Virus record (IMG/VR): IMGVR_UViG_2579778871_000004
Location: 1 to 40,968 of that record
Origin: a virus
Taxonomy: Duplodnaviria; Heunggongvirae; Uroviricota; Caudoviricetes
Strand: one strand, 5' to 3'
Length of the DNA: 40,968 bases
Made by a program: the position numbers and the translations under genes. The notes under the pieces are model-generated. The model was not told where the DNA came from and did not search any database. It saw only the letters and a program-made list of their open reading frames with translations. Position 1 is the stretch's first letter. Every line of letters begins with the position of its first letter. This document shows, piece after piece, positions 28,682 through 38,901 of this stretch.

Positions 28682-29275
28682 ATGAGCGTAATGATTTTTC
28701 AGGCTGGCGGAGATACCAAAATCTGGGGGCGCAAGCTGAAAACGAAAACCGTTGATCCTGATGATGTAGCTGTGCACTTAGCAAATGGCTGGTATAAGCA
28801 CCCTGACGATGTTCCTGATGATCATCTTGTTGGTGATCAAATTGGGAGTGTTGGCGGAGGTGAAACTTCCCCAGTTGATATGGGCGAAGTGTCCGACGGT
28901 TATCACACTTTTAACGAGCTTTACGCTCACCGAGTGCGCCTCTTCTCATCGCTGATGCATGCTTACGCTGAGCTTTCGTGGTGGTCTCGCAAACACAGTG
29001 ACGGTGAAGAGTGGGATGGCTGGATTATTGCTGGTATCACCACTCCAGAAGGCGAAATCACTTATCACCTACCTGTTGAAGAAATCGAGTTCCTTCCTGA
29101 AGGTACTGAGCTTGAGTTCGGGAAAGAGTGGGATGGTCATGAAGCAAATGATGTTCTTGGACGACTCCTGAGTTTGCGTCCGGCCATTGCAGAGCCAGAG
29201 CCAGAAAAAAAACAGCGTAAAAAGCCTAGTCGAAAACCTAAGGCGGCAGCAGATGAACCTGACAACGAAGGGTGA
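28682..29275 (+). CDS. Hypothetical acidic protein with Lys/Pro-rich tail (197 aa), between coat and gp4
   Basis: ATG at 28682 with RBS GGAGATACC; no family recognised. Confidence 0.5.
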   Translation: MSVMIFQAGGDTKIWGRKLKTKTVDPDDVAVHLANGWYKHPDDVPDDHLVGDQIGSVGGGETSPVDMGEVSDGYHTFNELYAHRVRLFSSLMHAYAELSWWSRKHSDGEEWDGWIIAGITTPEGEITYHLPVEEIEFLPEGTELEFGKEWDGHEANDVLGRLLSLRPAIAEPEPEKKQRKKPSRKPKAAADEPDNEG

Positions 29276-29753
29276 TTTAGTCCTTGCGGCATTACGTAAG
29301 CTCGGTGTGGCATCAAATGCCACGTTAACCGATGTCGAACCGCAGTCTATGGAAGACGGCGTCAACGACCTTGAAATGATGATGGCTGAATGGCTTGGCG
29401 GTGATGTGTCACCTGGTATCAACGTTGGCTACATTTTCGCTGATGCAGATGTCGCTCCAGAACCGGGCGATGAGCACGGTTTATCAAATAACGCTATCAA
29501 TGCCGTCATTTTCAACCTTGCCTGCCGAATTGCTCCAGATTATGCGCTGGAAGCATCTGCAAAACTTATAACCACTGCCAGATACGGGAAAGAGCGACTC
29601 GTCAAACTGTCTGCAATGGACAGAGCAAAAGCCGCTAAATGTAAGTCCGGTTATCCAAACCGTATGCCTGTTGGTAGCGGTAATCAGTTGGCGAAGTGGA
29701 ATGGTTGGAATTACTTCCACCGAAAGGAACCTTGCGATAACGGGAGCGAATAA
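29253..29753 (+). CDS. Head-to-tail adaptor (P22 gp4 type)
   Basis: 166 aa from [33 protein letters not shown].., recognised as P22 gp4-like. Confidence 0.8.
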   Translation: MNLTTKGDLVLAALRKLGVASNATLTDVEPQSMEDGVNDLEMMMAEWLGGDVSPGINVGYIFADADVAPEPGDEHGLSNNAINAVIFNLACRIAPDYALEASAKLITTARYGKERLVKLSAMDRAKAAKCKSGYPNRMPVGSGNQLAKWNGWNYFHRKEPCDNGSE

Positions 29754-31171
29754 TGCCGATTCAGCAACTTCCGCTTATGAAAGGTGTCGGCAAAGACTTT
29801 CGAAACGCCGACTATATCGACTATCTGCCAGTGAATATGCTGGCTACACCCAAAGAAATCCTGAACAGCAGCGGATATCTTCGCTCATTCCCGGGCATTG
29901 CAAAACGTTCTGATGTGAACGGTATATCGCGCGGCGTCGAGTACAACATGGCGCAGAGTGCTGTTTATCGCGTGTGTGGTGGGAAGCTCTACAAAGGCGA
30001 AAGCGAAGTCGGTGACGTTGCCGGAAGTGGTCGTGTATCAATGGCGCATGGTCGGACATCTCAGGCTGTAGGCGTTAATGGTCAACTGGTAGAGTATCGC
30101 TATGATGGCACGGTTAAAACCGTCTCAAACTGGCCTGCAGATAGCGGATTCACTCAGTATGAGTTAGGTTCTGTTCGTGACATTACGCGCTTACGCGGGC
30201 GTTATGCGTGGTCAAAAGACGGTACTGATTCATGGTTTATCACTGATCTTGAAGACGAATCGCATCCTGACCGTTACAGCGCACAATATCGTGCCGAGTC
30301 TCAGCCGGACGGTATCATCGGTATCGGGACATGGCGAGACTTCATCGTCTGCTTTGGTTCATCGACGATTGAATATTTTTCCCTGACAGGTGCAACCACC
30401 GTTGGTGCCGCTTTGTATGTCGCACAGCCATCACTGATGGTGCAAAAAGGCATCGCCGGGACTTACTGCAAAACGCCATTCGCTGATTCTTATGCGTTCA
30501 TCAGCAATCCGGCAACAGGTGCTCCGTCTGTATACATCATCGGCTCCGGTCAGGTATCACCAATCGCCAGCGCGAGCATTGAGAAAATTCTCCGCTCCTA
30601 CACTGCTGATGAACTGGCTGATGGTGTGATGGAGTCTCTGCGATTTGATGCGCATGAGCTGCTGATTATCCATCTTCCGCGCCATGTTCTCGTGTACGAC
30701 GCATCTTCAAGCGCCAATGGTCCGCAATGGTGTGTACTGAAAACAGGCCTGTATGACGATGTGTACCGGGCTATCGACTTCATTTACGAAGGCAATCAGA
30801 TAACGTGTGGCGATAAGCTGGAGTCCGTGACCGGGAAATTGCAATTCGATATCAGCAGTCAGTATGGTCTTCAACAGGAACACCTGCTGTTTACTCCGTT
30901 GTTCAAAGCGGATAACGCCAGATGCTTTGATCTGGAGGTGGAATCATCGACGGGTGTCGCTCAGTACGCAGACCGCCTGTTCCTCTCTGCAACCACTGAC
31001 GGCATCAATTACGGGCGTGAGCAGATGATTGAGCAGAATGAACCGTTCGTTTACGACAAGCGCGTTTTGTGGAAGCGAGTAGGGCGCATCAGGAAAAATG
31101 TCGGCTTCAAATTGCGAGTTATCACGAAGTCACCTGTCACTCTGTCTGGCTGCCAGATAAGGATTGAGTAA
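29753..31171 (+). CDS. Tail hub protein (P22 gp10 type)
   Basis: 472 aa, same length and order as P22 gp10. Confidence 0.85.
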   Translation: MPIQQLPLMKGVGKDFRNADYIDYLPVNMLATPKEILNSSGYLRSFPGIAKRSDVNGISRGVEYNMAQSAVYRVCGGKLYKGESEVGDVAGSGRVSMAHGRTSQAVGVNGQLVEYRYDGTVKTVSNWPADSGFTQYELGSVRDITRLRGRYAWSKDGTDSWFITDLEDESHPDRYSAQYRAESQPDGIIGIGTWRDFIVCFGSSTIEYFSLTGATTVGAALYVAQPSLMVQKGIAGTYCKTPFADSYAFISNPATGAPSVYIIGSGQVSPIASASIEKILRSYTADELADGVMESLRFDAHELLIIHLPRHVLVYDASSSANGPQWCVLKTGLYDDVYRAIDFIYEGNQITCGDKLESVTGKLQFDISSQYGLQQEHLLFTPLFKADNARCFDLEVESSTGVAQYADRLFLSATTDGINYGREQMIEQNEPFVYDKRVLWKRVGRIRKNVGFKLRVITKSPVTLSGCQIRIE

Positions 31172-32019
31172 TGGCTGATTCGAATCTCAACACCCCTGTT
31201 ATTGTGCAGGCGACGCGGCTCGATACATCAATACTTCCACGTAATATCTTCTCGCAGTCGTATCTGCTGTACGTTATCGCACAGGGTACTGATGTTGGTA
31301 ACGTGGCTAACAAGGCCAACGAGGCCGGACAGGGCGCTTATGACGCACAAGTCAGGAACGATGAGCAGGATGTGATTCTCGCTAACCATGAGCAGCGAAT
31401 TTCTGCTGCGGAAGCAACGCTTGTTAATCATGAGGAGCGAATCAGTCAGGCAGAATCAACTCTTCAGGACCATGAAACACGAATAGCTCAGAATGAAAGC
31501 GATATTGCGTCGCTTGATACCAGAGTTCAGTCGCTGGAGTCGCAGGTTTCAGACCATGAAACGCGCATTGATGCTCTGGAGTATGCAACCACGCGCAAGA
31601 AGTCAGAGGTTGTTTACTCTGGCGTATCTGTAACCATCCCGACAGCGCCGACCAACCTTGTTAGCCTGCTGAAAACGCTCACGCCGTCATCAGGCACGTT
31701 GGCACCATTCTTCGACACCGTTAACAACAAGATGGTTGTGTTCAACGAGAACAAAACCTTGTTCTTCAAGCTGTCGATCGTCGGGACGTGGCCCAGCGGA
31801 ACCGCCAACAGGTCAATGCAGCTAACCTTTTCCGGCTCTGTTCCTGACACTCTGGTAAGCAGTCGCAACTCGGCGACAACAACCGATAACATCTTGTTAG
31901 CTACGTTCTTCAGTGTGGATAAAGACGGATTTCTTGCCACAAATGGCAGTACGTTAACCATTCAGTCTAATGGTGCGGCTTTTACTGCCACAACCATCAA
32001 GATAATCGCGGAGCAGTGA
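31171..32019 (+). CDS. Tail needle (P22 gp26 type) with C-terminal knob domain
   Basis: N-terminus [43 protein letters not shown] matches gp26; heptad-repeat coiled coil; extra C-terminal globular domain as in Sf6-type needles. Confidence 0.8.
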   Translation: MADSNLNTPVIVQATRLDTSILPRNIFSQSYLLYVIAQGTDVGNVANKANEAGQGAYDAQVRNDEQDVILANHEQRISAAEATLVNHEERISQAESTLQDHETRIAQNESDIASLDTRVQSLESQVSDHETRIDALEYATTRKKSEVVYSGVSVTIPTAPTNLVSLLKTLTPSSGTLAPFFDTVNNKMVVFNENKTLFFKLSIVGTWPSGTANRSMQLTFSGSVPDTLVSSRNSATTTDNILLATFFSVDKDGFLATNGSTLTIQSNGAAFTATTIKIIAEQ

Positions 32020-32474
32020 TGATTCAGTTCAAACCAACGCGAAACATCGACCTGATAGAAGCAGTCGGAAATCACCCTGACATTATCGCCGGGAGCAACA
32101 ACGGCGATGGATACGACTACAAGCCGGAATGCCGTTACTTCGAGGTGAACGTGCACGGGCAGTTCGGCGGAATTGTTTACTATCAGGAGATTCAGCCGCT
32201 GACCTTTGATTGCCACGCCATGTACCTGCCAGAGATTCGCGGATTCAGCAAGGAAATAGGGATGGCGTTCTGGCGATACATTTTGACCAATACCACCGTT
32301 CAGTGCGTCACATCGTTCGCCGCACGCAAATTCCGCCACGGGCAGATTTACTGCGCAATGATTGGCCTTAAGCGTGTCGGAACCATCAAGAAATACTTTA
32401 AAGGCGTGGATGACGTGACTTTTTACAGCGCCACACGCGAAGAACTAATCGACTTCCTGAATCACGGGAGATAG
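32016..32474 (+). CDS. gp14-position protein (152 aa)
   Basis: Assigned by position between the tail needle and ejection proteins. Confidence 0.45.
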   Translation: MMIQFKPTRNIDLIEAVGNHPDIIAGSNNGDGYDYKPECRYFEVNVHGQFGGIVYYQEIQPLTFDCHAMYLPEIRGFSKEIGMAFWRYILTNTTVQCVTSFAARKFRHGQIYCAMIGLKRVGTIKKYFKGVDDVTFYSATREELIDFLNHGR

Positions 32475-32476
32475 CC

Positions 32477-33169
32477 ATGTTATATGCATTTAAGCTTGGC
32501 AGAAAACTGCGCGGCGAGGAACCTTATTGCCCTGAAAAAGGCGGGAAAGGTGGTAGCTCTGATAAAAGCGCAAAGTATGCAGCAGAAGCCCAGAAGTATG
32601 CTGCAGACCTGCAAAATCAGCAGTGGCAGACGATCATGAAAAACCTTGCTCCGTTCACGCCGCTTGCGGAGCAGTATGTTAACCAGCTTCAGAATCTTTC
32701 CAGTTTAGAAGGTCAGGGGCAGGCACTTAATCAGTATTACGATTCTCAGCAGTATAAAGACCTTGCAGGTCAGGCGCGTTACCAGAGTCTTGCTGCTGCG
32801 GAGGCTACGGGAGGACTTGGTTCGACAGCCACAAGCAATCAACTGGCTACGATCGCGCCGACTCTCGGTCAGTCTTGGTTATCAAACCAGATGAGCAATT
32901 ACAACAATCTGGCAAACGTTGGGCTTGGTGCGCTGCAAGGTCAGGCAAACGCTGGGCAGACATACGCCAACAACATGAGCAGCATTGCACAGCAAAGTGC
33001 AGCACTTGCCGCTGCTAATGCCAATAAACCATCAAGTCTTCAGACTGCAATTAGCGGTGGCACGTCTGGTGCGATTGCCGGTGCAGGTCTTGCCAGCCTT
33101 TTGGGAACATCAACACCTTGGGGCGCTGGCATTGGTGCTGGTATCGGATTGCTTGGCTCGTTGTTTTAA
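32477..33169 (+). CDS. Ejection protein (P22 gp7 type)
   Basis: 230 aa, Gln/Ala/Gly-rich with hydrophobic C-terminus. Confidence 0.75.
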   Translation: MLYAFKLGRKLRGEEPYCPEKGGKGGSSDKSAKYAAEAQKYAADLQNQQWQTIMKNLAPFTPLAEQYVNQLQNLSSLEGQGQALNQYYDSQQYKDLAGQARYQSLAAAEATGGLGSTATSNQLATIAPTLGQSWLSNQMSNYNNLANVGLGALQGQANAGQTYANNMSSIAQQSAALAAANANKPSSLQTAISGGTSGAIAGAGLASLLGTSTPWGAGIGAGIGLLGSLF

Positions 33170-33178
33170 GGGGTAATC

Positions 33179-34585
33179 ATGGCTACTTGGCAAGGAACAA
33201 ACGGCGGATTGTTGGCTGGTATCGGTGGCGTCAACTCAAACGCTCCGAGCGTAAATGACATCGGCAATACGCTTCAGCTTATCAGGCAGAACAATGATAT
33301 TGAGCGTTCAGGCGCTAACAATGTTGGGCTGACTGCTTTGCAAGGCCTTTCAGGTATTGCGGGGGTGTTTCAGCAGGAAAAGCAGGCTCAGCAGCAGAAA
33401 GAATTTCAGCAGGCATACGCTAATGCTTATGCGTCTGGTGATCGCGGTGCTTTGCGTCAGTTGGCTACTCAATATCCAGACCAGATTGAATCCGTTCGTA
33501 AAGGCATGGGATTCATTGATGAAGAGCAGCGTAATTCTATCGGCACCTTAGCAGCTGGCGCACGCCTTGCGGCCTCGTCTCCAGAAGCAATGCAATCATG
33601 GCTGCAAAACAACGCCAAGGAACTGGCGCGCGTCGGCGTTGACCCTAACAACGTTGCTCAGATGTATCAGCAGAATCCTTCAGGATTTGGTGAGTTTGTT
33701 GATCACCTCGGAATGGCTGCTCTTGGTCCGATTGATTACTTCAATGTTCAGGACAAGATGGCTGGTCGTGAGATTGACAGAGGCAGACTGGCAGAGACAA
33801 TCCGCAGCAATCAGGCTGGAGAAGCACTTCAGGCGAGAGGGCAAAACCTTTCCTATCAGTCAGCAATGACTGGGCACAATATCGCAGCACAACGCTTGGC
33901 TCTGGATCAGCAAGAGTTCGGGTTTAAGATGCAGCAAGCGCAGGAAAAGGCTCAGCAGTTGATTAGCGAAGCACCTAAGCTGTCAGTAAACATGGAAAAA
34001 GGCATCGAGACGGCTGTAAACAATGCTACAGCATCATCAAACTCAGCCAATTCTATGAGTGCGCTTGCTCAACAGTTCAGAGCAGAAAAACCAACGACAG
34101 GTTTGTTCGGTAACGCACAGAACATGTTCGCAAAACTTACCGGAAGCGATACAACATTGCGTGATTTGCGCATTCGCCAAAATGCCCTTGTTAACAGTCA
34201 GGTTCTTAAATTCCTACCTCCCGGCCCAGCAACGGATAAAGACGTTGAGATCGTTCGACAGGGTGCGCCAACTGACATGGATAACCCTGAGACGGTCGCA
34301 AGATGGCTTGATGCAATGGCAAACCTTGAGCGACGAAACGCGCAGTTTAATGAGTTTAAAGCCGAGTGGATGAGCGCGAATGGCAACCCTGGACAATCGC
34401 GTAATGGCGGTCAGATATTGGGGTTGGATGTTAAAAAAGGTGAATCATTGGGGAGTGCCGTTAAGCGGTATATGTCAATGAATACTGACGCAGCGCCAGC
34501 ACAAGATTCGACACCTTCAGGAGAACCACGGAATCAGGTTGGATCATATACCTCAAAATCAGGCATTCAATTTACGGTGGAATGA
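33179..34585 (+). CDS. Ejection protein (P22 gp20 type)
   Basis: 468 aa, order and size as P22 gp20. Confidence 0.8.
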   Translation: MATWQGTNGGLLAGIGGVNSNAPSVNDIGNTLQLIRQNNDIERSGANNVGLTALQGLSGIAGVFQQEKQAQQQKEFQQAYANAYASGDRGALRQLATQYPDQIESVRKGMGFIDEEQRNSIGTLAAGARLAASSPEAMQSWLQNNAKELARVGVDPNNVAQMYQQNPSGFGEFVDHLGMAALGPIDYFNVQDKMAGREIDRGRLAETIRSNQAGEALQARGQNLSYQSAMTGHNIAAQRLALDQQEFGFKMQQAQEKAQQLISEAPKLSVNMEKGIETAVNNATASSNSANSMSALAQQFRAEKPTTGLFGNAQNMFAKLTGSDTTLRDLRIRQNALVNSQVLKFLPPGPATDKDVEIVRQGAPTDMDNPETVARWLDAMANLERRNAQFNEFKAEWMSANGNPGQSRNGGQILGLDVKKGESLGSAVKRYMSMNTDAAPAQDSTPSGEPRNQVGSYTSKSGIQFTVE

Positions 34586-36423
34586 TGAAAGTAACTGCAA
34601 ACGGTAAGACATTTACCTTTCCTGATGGTACGAGCACCGAAGATATTGGCACCGCCATTGATGAGTATTTTGCTGGTCAGGCTGTTCAGCAACAAACAGT
34701 TAATCAGGCCAATAATGCACCAACACGGGACGAACCATCATTGATGCAACAAGCTGGCGATTGGCTCACTGGTGGTCAAAGTGCAGGGCAAATTGCAGAA
34801 CAGGCTGGTCGTGGTCTGGTAAACATACCATTTGACGTATTGCAGGGTGGCGCAAGTCTGATTAATGCAATCAGTCAGGGGCTTGGTGGGCCAAAAGTTT
34901 TGGATGATGTTTATCGTCCAGTAGACAAACCGACAGACCCATACGCACAAGCCGGTGAAACAATTGGTGGGTATTTAGTTCCAGGAGTTGGAACGGCAGG
35001 AAGCATGGCTATTGGCTCACTGGCAGAGGCAGCAAATCAGAAAGGCGATTTCGCACAAAATGCAGCTAAAAATGCCGGAGTTAACCTTGCCGCTCAGGGT
35101 GTTCTTTCCGCAGCAGCAAAGGGAATAGGGCGTGGAATAACGGCTATAAAAGGTGATATTGCGCCAGAAGTGGCGAAGAAAATTGCCACATCAGAATCGA
35201 TGGGCGTGACACCAATGACATCTGATGTTATCCCGCCGAAAAATGCTTTCACTCGCGGCCTTACTCAGGATGCCGAGGGGGCTTTGCTCGGGACGGGCTC
35301 AAAGCGAGCAGAGCAATATGCAACGCGTAGTAAGCTGGTAAGCAATTATTTTGACCGTTTTGGTGAGTACAACCCTGATGATGTGGTGAAATCTCTGACC
35401 ACCACGTTAAGGGGGCGGAAGGATGCCGCTGGCGCTGTTATCAATGACGTCACCAATAAAATGGGTAATGCCGCAGTTGATACCACAAATACCATGAATG
35501 CTCTGAATACAGCGATCGCAAGACAGGAACGGCTTGGGACTTCTGCCAATCAAAGCCTGCTTACATCCTTGCGTAACCTACGTGAAGAATTAGCAAACCC
35601 TGCAACTGATTTGGATGTTACGTTTGATCTCTTGCGTCAGCACAGAACAGCATTTAGATCTAATGTTCAGGGAGATGCTATGGTCTTCCCCAACCAGGCA
35701 AAAGCAGCTACCAATATGGTAGAGAATGCAATGTCAAAAGACCTTCGTAACGCAGTTGCTAAAAACCTCGGTGCATCAGACGCAGCAAAATACCTTAAAG
35801 CAAATTCCGATTATGCAAACGTTTATAATAAGGTGCTTAATAAAAACATTGCTAACAAGCTCAACAAGGCAAGCAGTGAAGCCAGTCCTGAACTTATAAA
35901 TACCGTTGTATTAAGCAGAAAACCATCTGACGTGAAACGAATCTGGAGCGCACTGGATGATAAAGGGAAAGATGCTATGCGTGCAGCTTACGTCAGCAAA
36001 ATAGCGGAAAAGGCCGGTGACTCTCCAGCCAAGTTCATCACTGAAGTTAATAAGCTGAAATCTCAGTCAGGCGGTGAAATTTACAACACTATTTTTTCTG
36101 GAAAGCACATGAAAGAGCTTGATTCTCTTCATGAAGTTCTACAGCAAACAGCAAGGTCAGACACCGCAAATGTAGTAACTCAGACGGGGCAATCGCAAGC
36201 CAACAGGATAAGGACGATTGGCGCAACTGCGACTCTTGGCATATCAATGGGTCTTGAGGCTGGTTTCGGTGCAATGATGCGCTTGTATGAGTCTAAAGCA
36301 GCAAGAAACATGCTTCTCCGCCTTGCAAACGTTAAGCCCGGAACTCCGGCATATGAGCGAGCGTTAAATCAGGCTGCTAACGCCGTTCGCCCTCTCCTAA
36401 CTAACGAAGCTACCAGGCAGTAG
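34582..36423 (+). CDS. Ejection protein (P22 gp16 type)
   Basis: 613 aa, order and size as P22 gp16. Confidence 0.8.
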   Translation: MMKVTANGKTFTFPDGTSTEDIGTAIDEYFAGQAVQQQTVNQANNAPTRDEPSLMQQAGDWLTGGQSAGQIAEQAGRGLVNIPFDVLQGGASLINAISQGLGGPKVLDDVYRPVDKPTDPYAQAGETIGGYLVPGVGTAGSMAIGSLAEAANQKGDFAQNAAKNAGVNLAAQGVLSAAAKGIGRGITAIKGDIAPEVAKKIATSESMGVTPMTSDVIPPKNAFTRGLTQDAEGALLGTGSKRAEQYATRSKLVSNYFDRFGEYNPDDVVKSLTTTLRGRKDAAGAVINDVTNKMGNAAVDTTNTMNALNTAIARQERLGTSANQSLLTSLRNLREELANPATDLDVTFDLLRQHRTAFRSNVQGDAMVFPNQAKAATNMVENAMSKDLRNAVAKNLGASDAAKYLKANSDYANVYNKVLNKNIANKLNKASSEASPELINTVVLSRKPSDVKRIWSALDDKGKDAMRAAYVSKIAEKAGDSPAKFITEVNKLKSQSGGEIYNTIFSGKHMKELDSLHEVLQQTARSDTANVVTQTGQSQANRIRTIGATATLGISMGLEAGFGAMMRLYESKAARNMLLRLANVKPGTPAYERALNQAANAVRPLLTNEATRQ

Positions 36424-36442
36424 AAATGAACGCCAAGGAAGG

Positions 36443-36772
36443 CTATTTAATTCTCTTTTCAATGGCTGCAATTATTGCTTTTCCTGATGTTTCAGGAGAT
36501 TTTGTAGCCATATAAGACGAAAAAATCATGTCGGTCATTCTTTCATAACTTACTATTTCCCACTTAGCCAATGCATGGGACAGTTTGTAGTTGTCATCAG
36601 TTAGTGCCCTTATGGAATTTTTTAAGTGTTTATTCTCTTCTGTTAATCGCGCAATTTTTGTATCAATTTCATGTGAGCGATCTAATTCCTTAACCTGTTT
36701 CTTGAGGGCAGCTAACCCTGCATATAGTACGCAACAGGATATCCCAAGAGCGAGTACGACTATTTCTAACAC
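36443..36772 (-). CDS. Bitopic inner-membrane protein with coiled coil (109 aa), unknown function
   Basis: N-terminal TM LEIVVLALGISCCVLYAGLAAL followed by heptad-repeat region; opposite strand to the structural operon. Confidence 0.5.
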   Translation of the reverse strand: MLEIVVLALGISCCVLYAGLAALKKQVKELDRSHEIDTKIARLTEENKHLKNSIRALTDDNYKLSHALAKWEIVSYERMTDMIFSSYMATKSPETSGKAIIAAIEKRIK

Positions 36773-36890
36773 ACCAACCTCCTTAGTTTTTCGCAGGATA
36801 CCATGAAAAAAGTAAACATCTTTTGCCTACTTCACATTTGAATGGTTTGTCATTAGGATGTTTCCGGTTTTTTCAAATATGGAAATTGAT

Positions 36891-37310
36891 ATGAAGAGGA
36901 TTATCGGCGTTGTTGCTGGCGCTATATTGTTATCTGGGTGCGCAACTATTGTTGGTGACGAAACACAGCTCGTGCAAGTGAACAGCAATCCTTCCGGTGC
37001 GAGCTTTAAAGTAAAAGACGAATCAGGCGTGATTGTTGCGCAAGGCAAGACCCCGCAAGGAGTAACTCTTGCCAAGTCAGATGGGAGTTATTTTGGCAAA
37101 AAGAGCTACCAGATCACTATGGAAAAGGATGGGTACGAACCAGTTACCCTGCCAATCAAAGCCAATGCTAATGGTTGGTATATTGGTGGAAACCTTGTGT
37201 TTGGTGGGTTAATTGGTTGGCTTGCTGTAGATCCTTTTAATGGTGGGATGTATACCTTGAAGCCAAAAGAGGCAAACGCATCTCTTATACCATCAACAAA
37301 GCAAGACTAA
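36891..37310 (+). CDS. Outer-membrane-type lipoprotein, possible PEGA-like beta-sandwich domain (139 aa)
   Basis: Signal peptide with lipobox LLSGC; VQVNSNPSGASFKVKDESGVIVAQGKTP..DGYEP resembles a PEGA domain. Confidence 0.55.
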   Translation: MKRIIGVVAGAILLSGCATIVGDETQLVQVNSNPSGASFKVKDESGVIVAQGKTPQGVTLAKSDGSYFGKKSYQITMEKDGYEPVTLPIKANANGWYIGGNLVFGGLIGWLAVDPFNGGMYTLKPKEANASLIPSTKQD

Positions 37311-37318
37311 TAAATAGG

Positions 37319-37342
37319 ACCCACCTTCAGGTGGGTTTTTTG
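37319..37342. terminator. Bidirectional hairpin terminator between the lipoprotein gene and mnt
   Basis: ACCCACC-ttca-GGTGGGT followed by TTTTTT on plus strand; mnt stop codon lies in the loop. Confidence 0.55.
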
Positions 37343-37578
37343 TACAAATCCTTCAGCGTATCAAACACCATCTTCTTAACAAGCTCTGACTGCTCATCAG
37401 CGAGTCGTTCTGCATCGTCGCGATATCCAGTCACAGGCGATGGTTTTGATAGAGCATCTTGGACGATTTGTAACAACTCGGAGTTCATTGATCTCCCATT
37501 CGCCTCCGCCCTGAATTTTAATTTCTCCCTTACTCCCATAGGCATACGGAAGTTAAAGTGCGGATCATCTCTAGCCAT
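37327..37578 (-). CDS. mnt: Mnt repressor (ribbon-helix-helix), P22 immI
   Basis: 83 aa MARDDPHFNFRMPMGVREKLKFRAEANGRSMNSELLQIV.. recognised as P22 Mnt. Confidence 0.85.
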   Translation of the reverse strand: MARDDPHFNFRMPMGVREKLKFRAEANGRSMNSELLQIVQDALSKPSPVTGYRDDAERLADEQSELVKKMVFDTLKDLYKKPT

Positions 37579-37600
37579 GCCATCACTCCAAGTTAGTGTA

Positions 37601-37652
37601 TTGACATGATAGAAGCACTCTACTATATTCTCAATAGGTCCACGGTGGACCT
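37601..37652. promoter_or_regulatory. immI control region: Pant with Arc operator (37606-37626) and Mnt operator AGGTCCACGGTGGACCT (37636-37652)
   Basis: TTGACA...ATGATAGAAGCACTCTACTATATTC and the 17-bp perfect palindrome are the P22 Oarc/Omnt sequences as recalled. Confidence 0.65.
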
Positions 37653-37668
37653 ATGTTGTGAGGTGAAT

Positions 37669-37830
37669 ATGAAAGGAATGAGCAAGATGCCGCAGTTCAA
37701 TTTGCGGTGGCCTAAAGAAGTATTGGATTTGGTACGCAAGGTGGCGGAAGAGAATGGTCGGTCTGTTAACTCTGAGATTTATCAGAGAGTAATGGAAAGC
37801 TTTAAGAAGGAAGGGCGCATTGGCGCGTAA
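37669..37830 (+). CDS. arc: Arc repressor (ribbon-helix-helix), P22 immI
   Basis: 53 aa [53 protein letters not shown], recognised as P22 Arc. Confidence 0.85.
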   Translation: MKGMSKMPQFNLRWPKEVLDLVRKVAEENGRSVNSEIYQRVMESFKKEGRIGA

Positions 37831-37834
37831 AGTT

Positions 37835-37905
37835 GAAGCCCCAACTGCGGGAACAGTCAGGGCTTCGGTTGTCAGTAAATCCGTGGAGAAAAACCAACAT
37901 GAATA
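37835..37905 (-). ncRNA. Possible sar antisense RNA locus (antisense to the ant ribosome-binding region)
   Basis: By analogy to P22 immI; inverted repeat GAAGCCC...GGGCTTC in the arc-ant spacer; boundaries not determined. Confidence 0.3.
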
Positions 37906-38801
37906 GTATAGCAATTTTAGAAGCAGTGAACACCTCTTACGTACCATTCAACGGTCAGCAAATTATCACCGCCATGGCTGCCGGAGTTGCATACGTTGCG
38001 ATGAAGCCAATCGTTGAAAACCTTGGAATGAGTTGGGGTACTCAGCAACAAAAACTTATGAAACAACTAGATAAGTTCAACTGTATTCATATGAATATGG
38101 TTGCCGCTGATGGGAAGCTTCGTAAGCTACTCTGCCTTCCTTTGAAGAAGTTAAATGGATGGCTGTTCAGCATCAACCCTGAGAAAGTTCGAGCTGACAT
38201 CCGCGATAAACTGATTCAGTACCAGGAAGAATGCTTTACTGTACTGCATGACTACTGGACAAAGGGAAAGGCAGAAAATGCACGTAAGAAAACATCTGTT
38301 GATGACAGGACTCCGCTTCGTGATGCTGTAAATATGCTAGTCAGCAAAAAGCATCTAATGTACCCAGAAGCTTATGCAATGATTCATCAGCGTTTCAATG
38401 TGGAAAGTATTGAAGAGCTTGATGCATCTCAGATACCGCAAGCCGTAGAGTACATCCACAGGGTAGTGCTTGAAGGTGAGTTCATTGGCAAACAAGAGAA
38501 GAAAACCAACGAGCTTTCTGCAAAAGAAGCAAACAGCCTTGTATGGTTATGGGATTATGCCAACCGCTCACAGGCATTATTCCGCGAACTGTATCTGGCG
38601 CTAAAACAAATTCAATCGAACTATTCCGGCAGATGCTACGACTATGGCCATGAGTTCTCGTATGTTATCGGAATGGCGAGAGACGTTTTAATCAATCACA
38701 CACGAGATGTTGATATTAATGAGCCAGACGGACCAACGAATCTTTCCGCATGGATGAGACTTAAGAATAAAGAATTACCTCCTTCAGTACATAACTACTG
38801 A
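37899..38801 (+). CDS. ant: Antirepressor Ant
   Basis: 300 aa from [22 protein letters not shown].., recognised as P22 Ant-like; follows arc. Confidence 0.8.
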   Translation: MNSIAILEAVNTSYVPFNGQQIITAMAAGVAYVAMKPIVENLGMSWGTQQQKLMKQLDKFNCIHMNMVAADGKLRKLLCLPLKKLNGWLFSINPEKVRADIRDKLIQYQEECFTVLHDYWTKGKAENARKKTSVDDRTPLRDAVNMLVSKKHLMYPEAYAMIHQRFNVESIEELDASQIPQAVEYIHRVVLEGEFIGKQEKKTNELSAKEANSLVWLWDYANRSQALFRELYLALKQIQSNYSGRCYDYGHEFSYVIGMARDVLINHTRDVDINEPDGPTNLSAWMRLKNKELPPSVHNY

Positions 38802-38819
38802 CAGATAACCAACGCAACG

Positions 38820-38844
38820 ACCCAGCTTCGGCTGGGTTTTTTTA
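38820..38844 (+). terminator. Rho-independent terminator upstream of the tailspike gene
   Basis: ACCCAGC-ttcg-GCTGGGT followed by TTTTTT. Confidence 0.6.
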
Positions 38845-38901
38845 TGCCCAAAATTCATCGTAGCCATGCTTCGGTGATTCCTTGTATCTGGAGCAAATTA
38901 A

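Noticed and set aside
36443-37310. TM/coiled-coil protein plus lipoprotein interpreted as a second spanin pair
   Set aside because: Genes are divergent rather than nested or tandem, the lipoprotein is far larger than o-spanins, and a complete S-R-Rz/Rz1 cassette already exists at 19403-20650.
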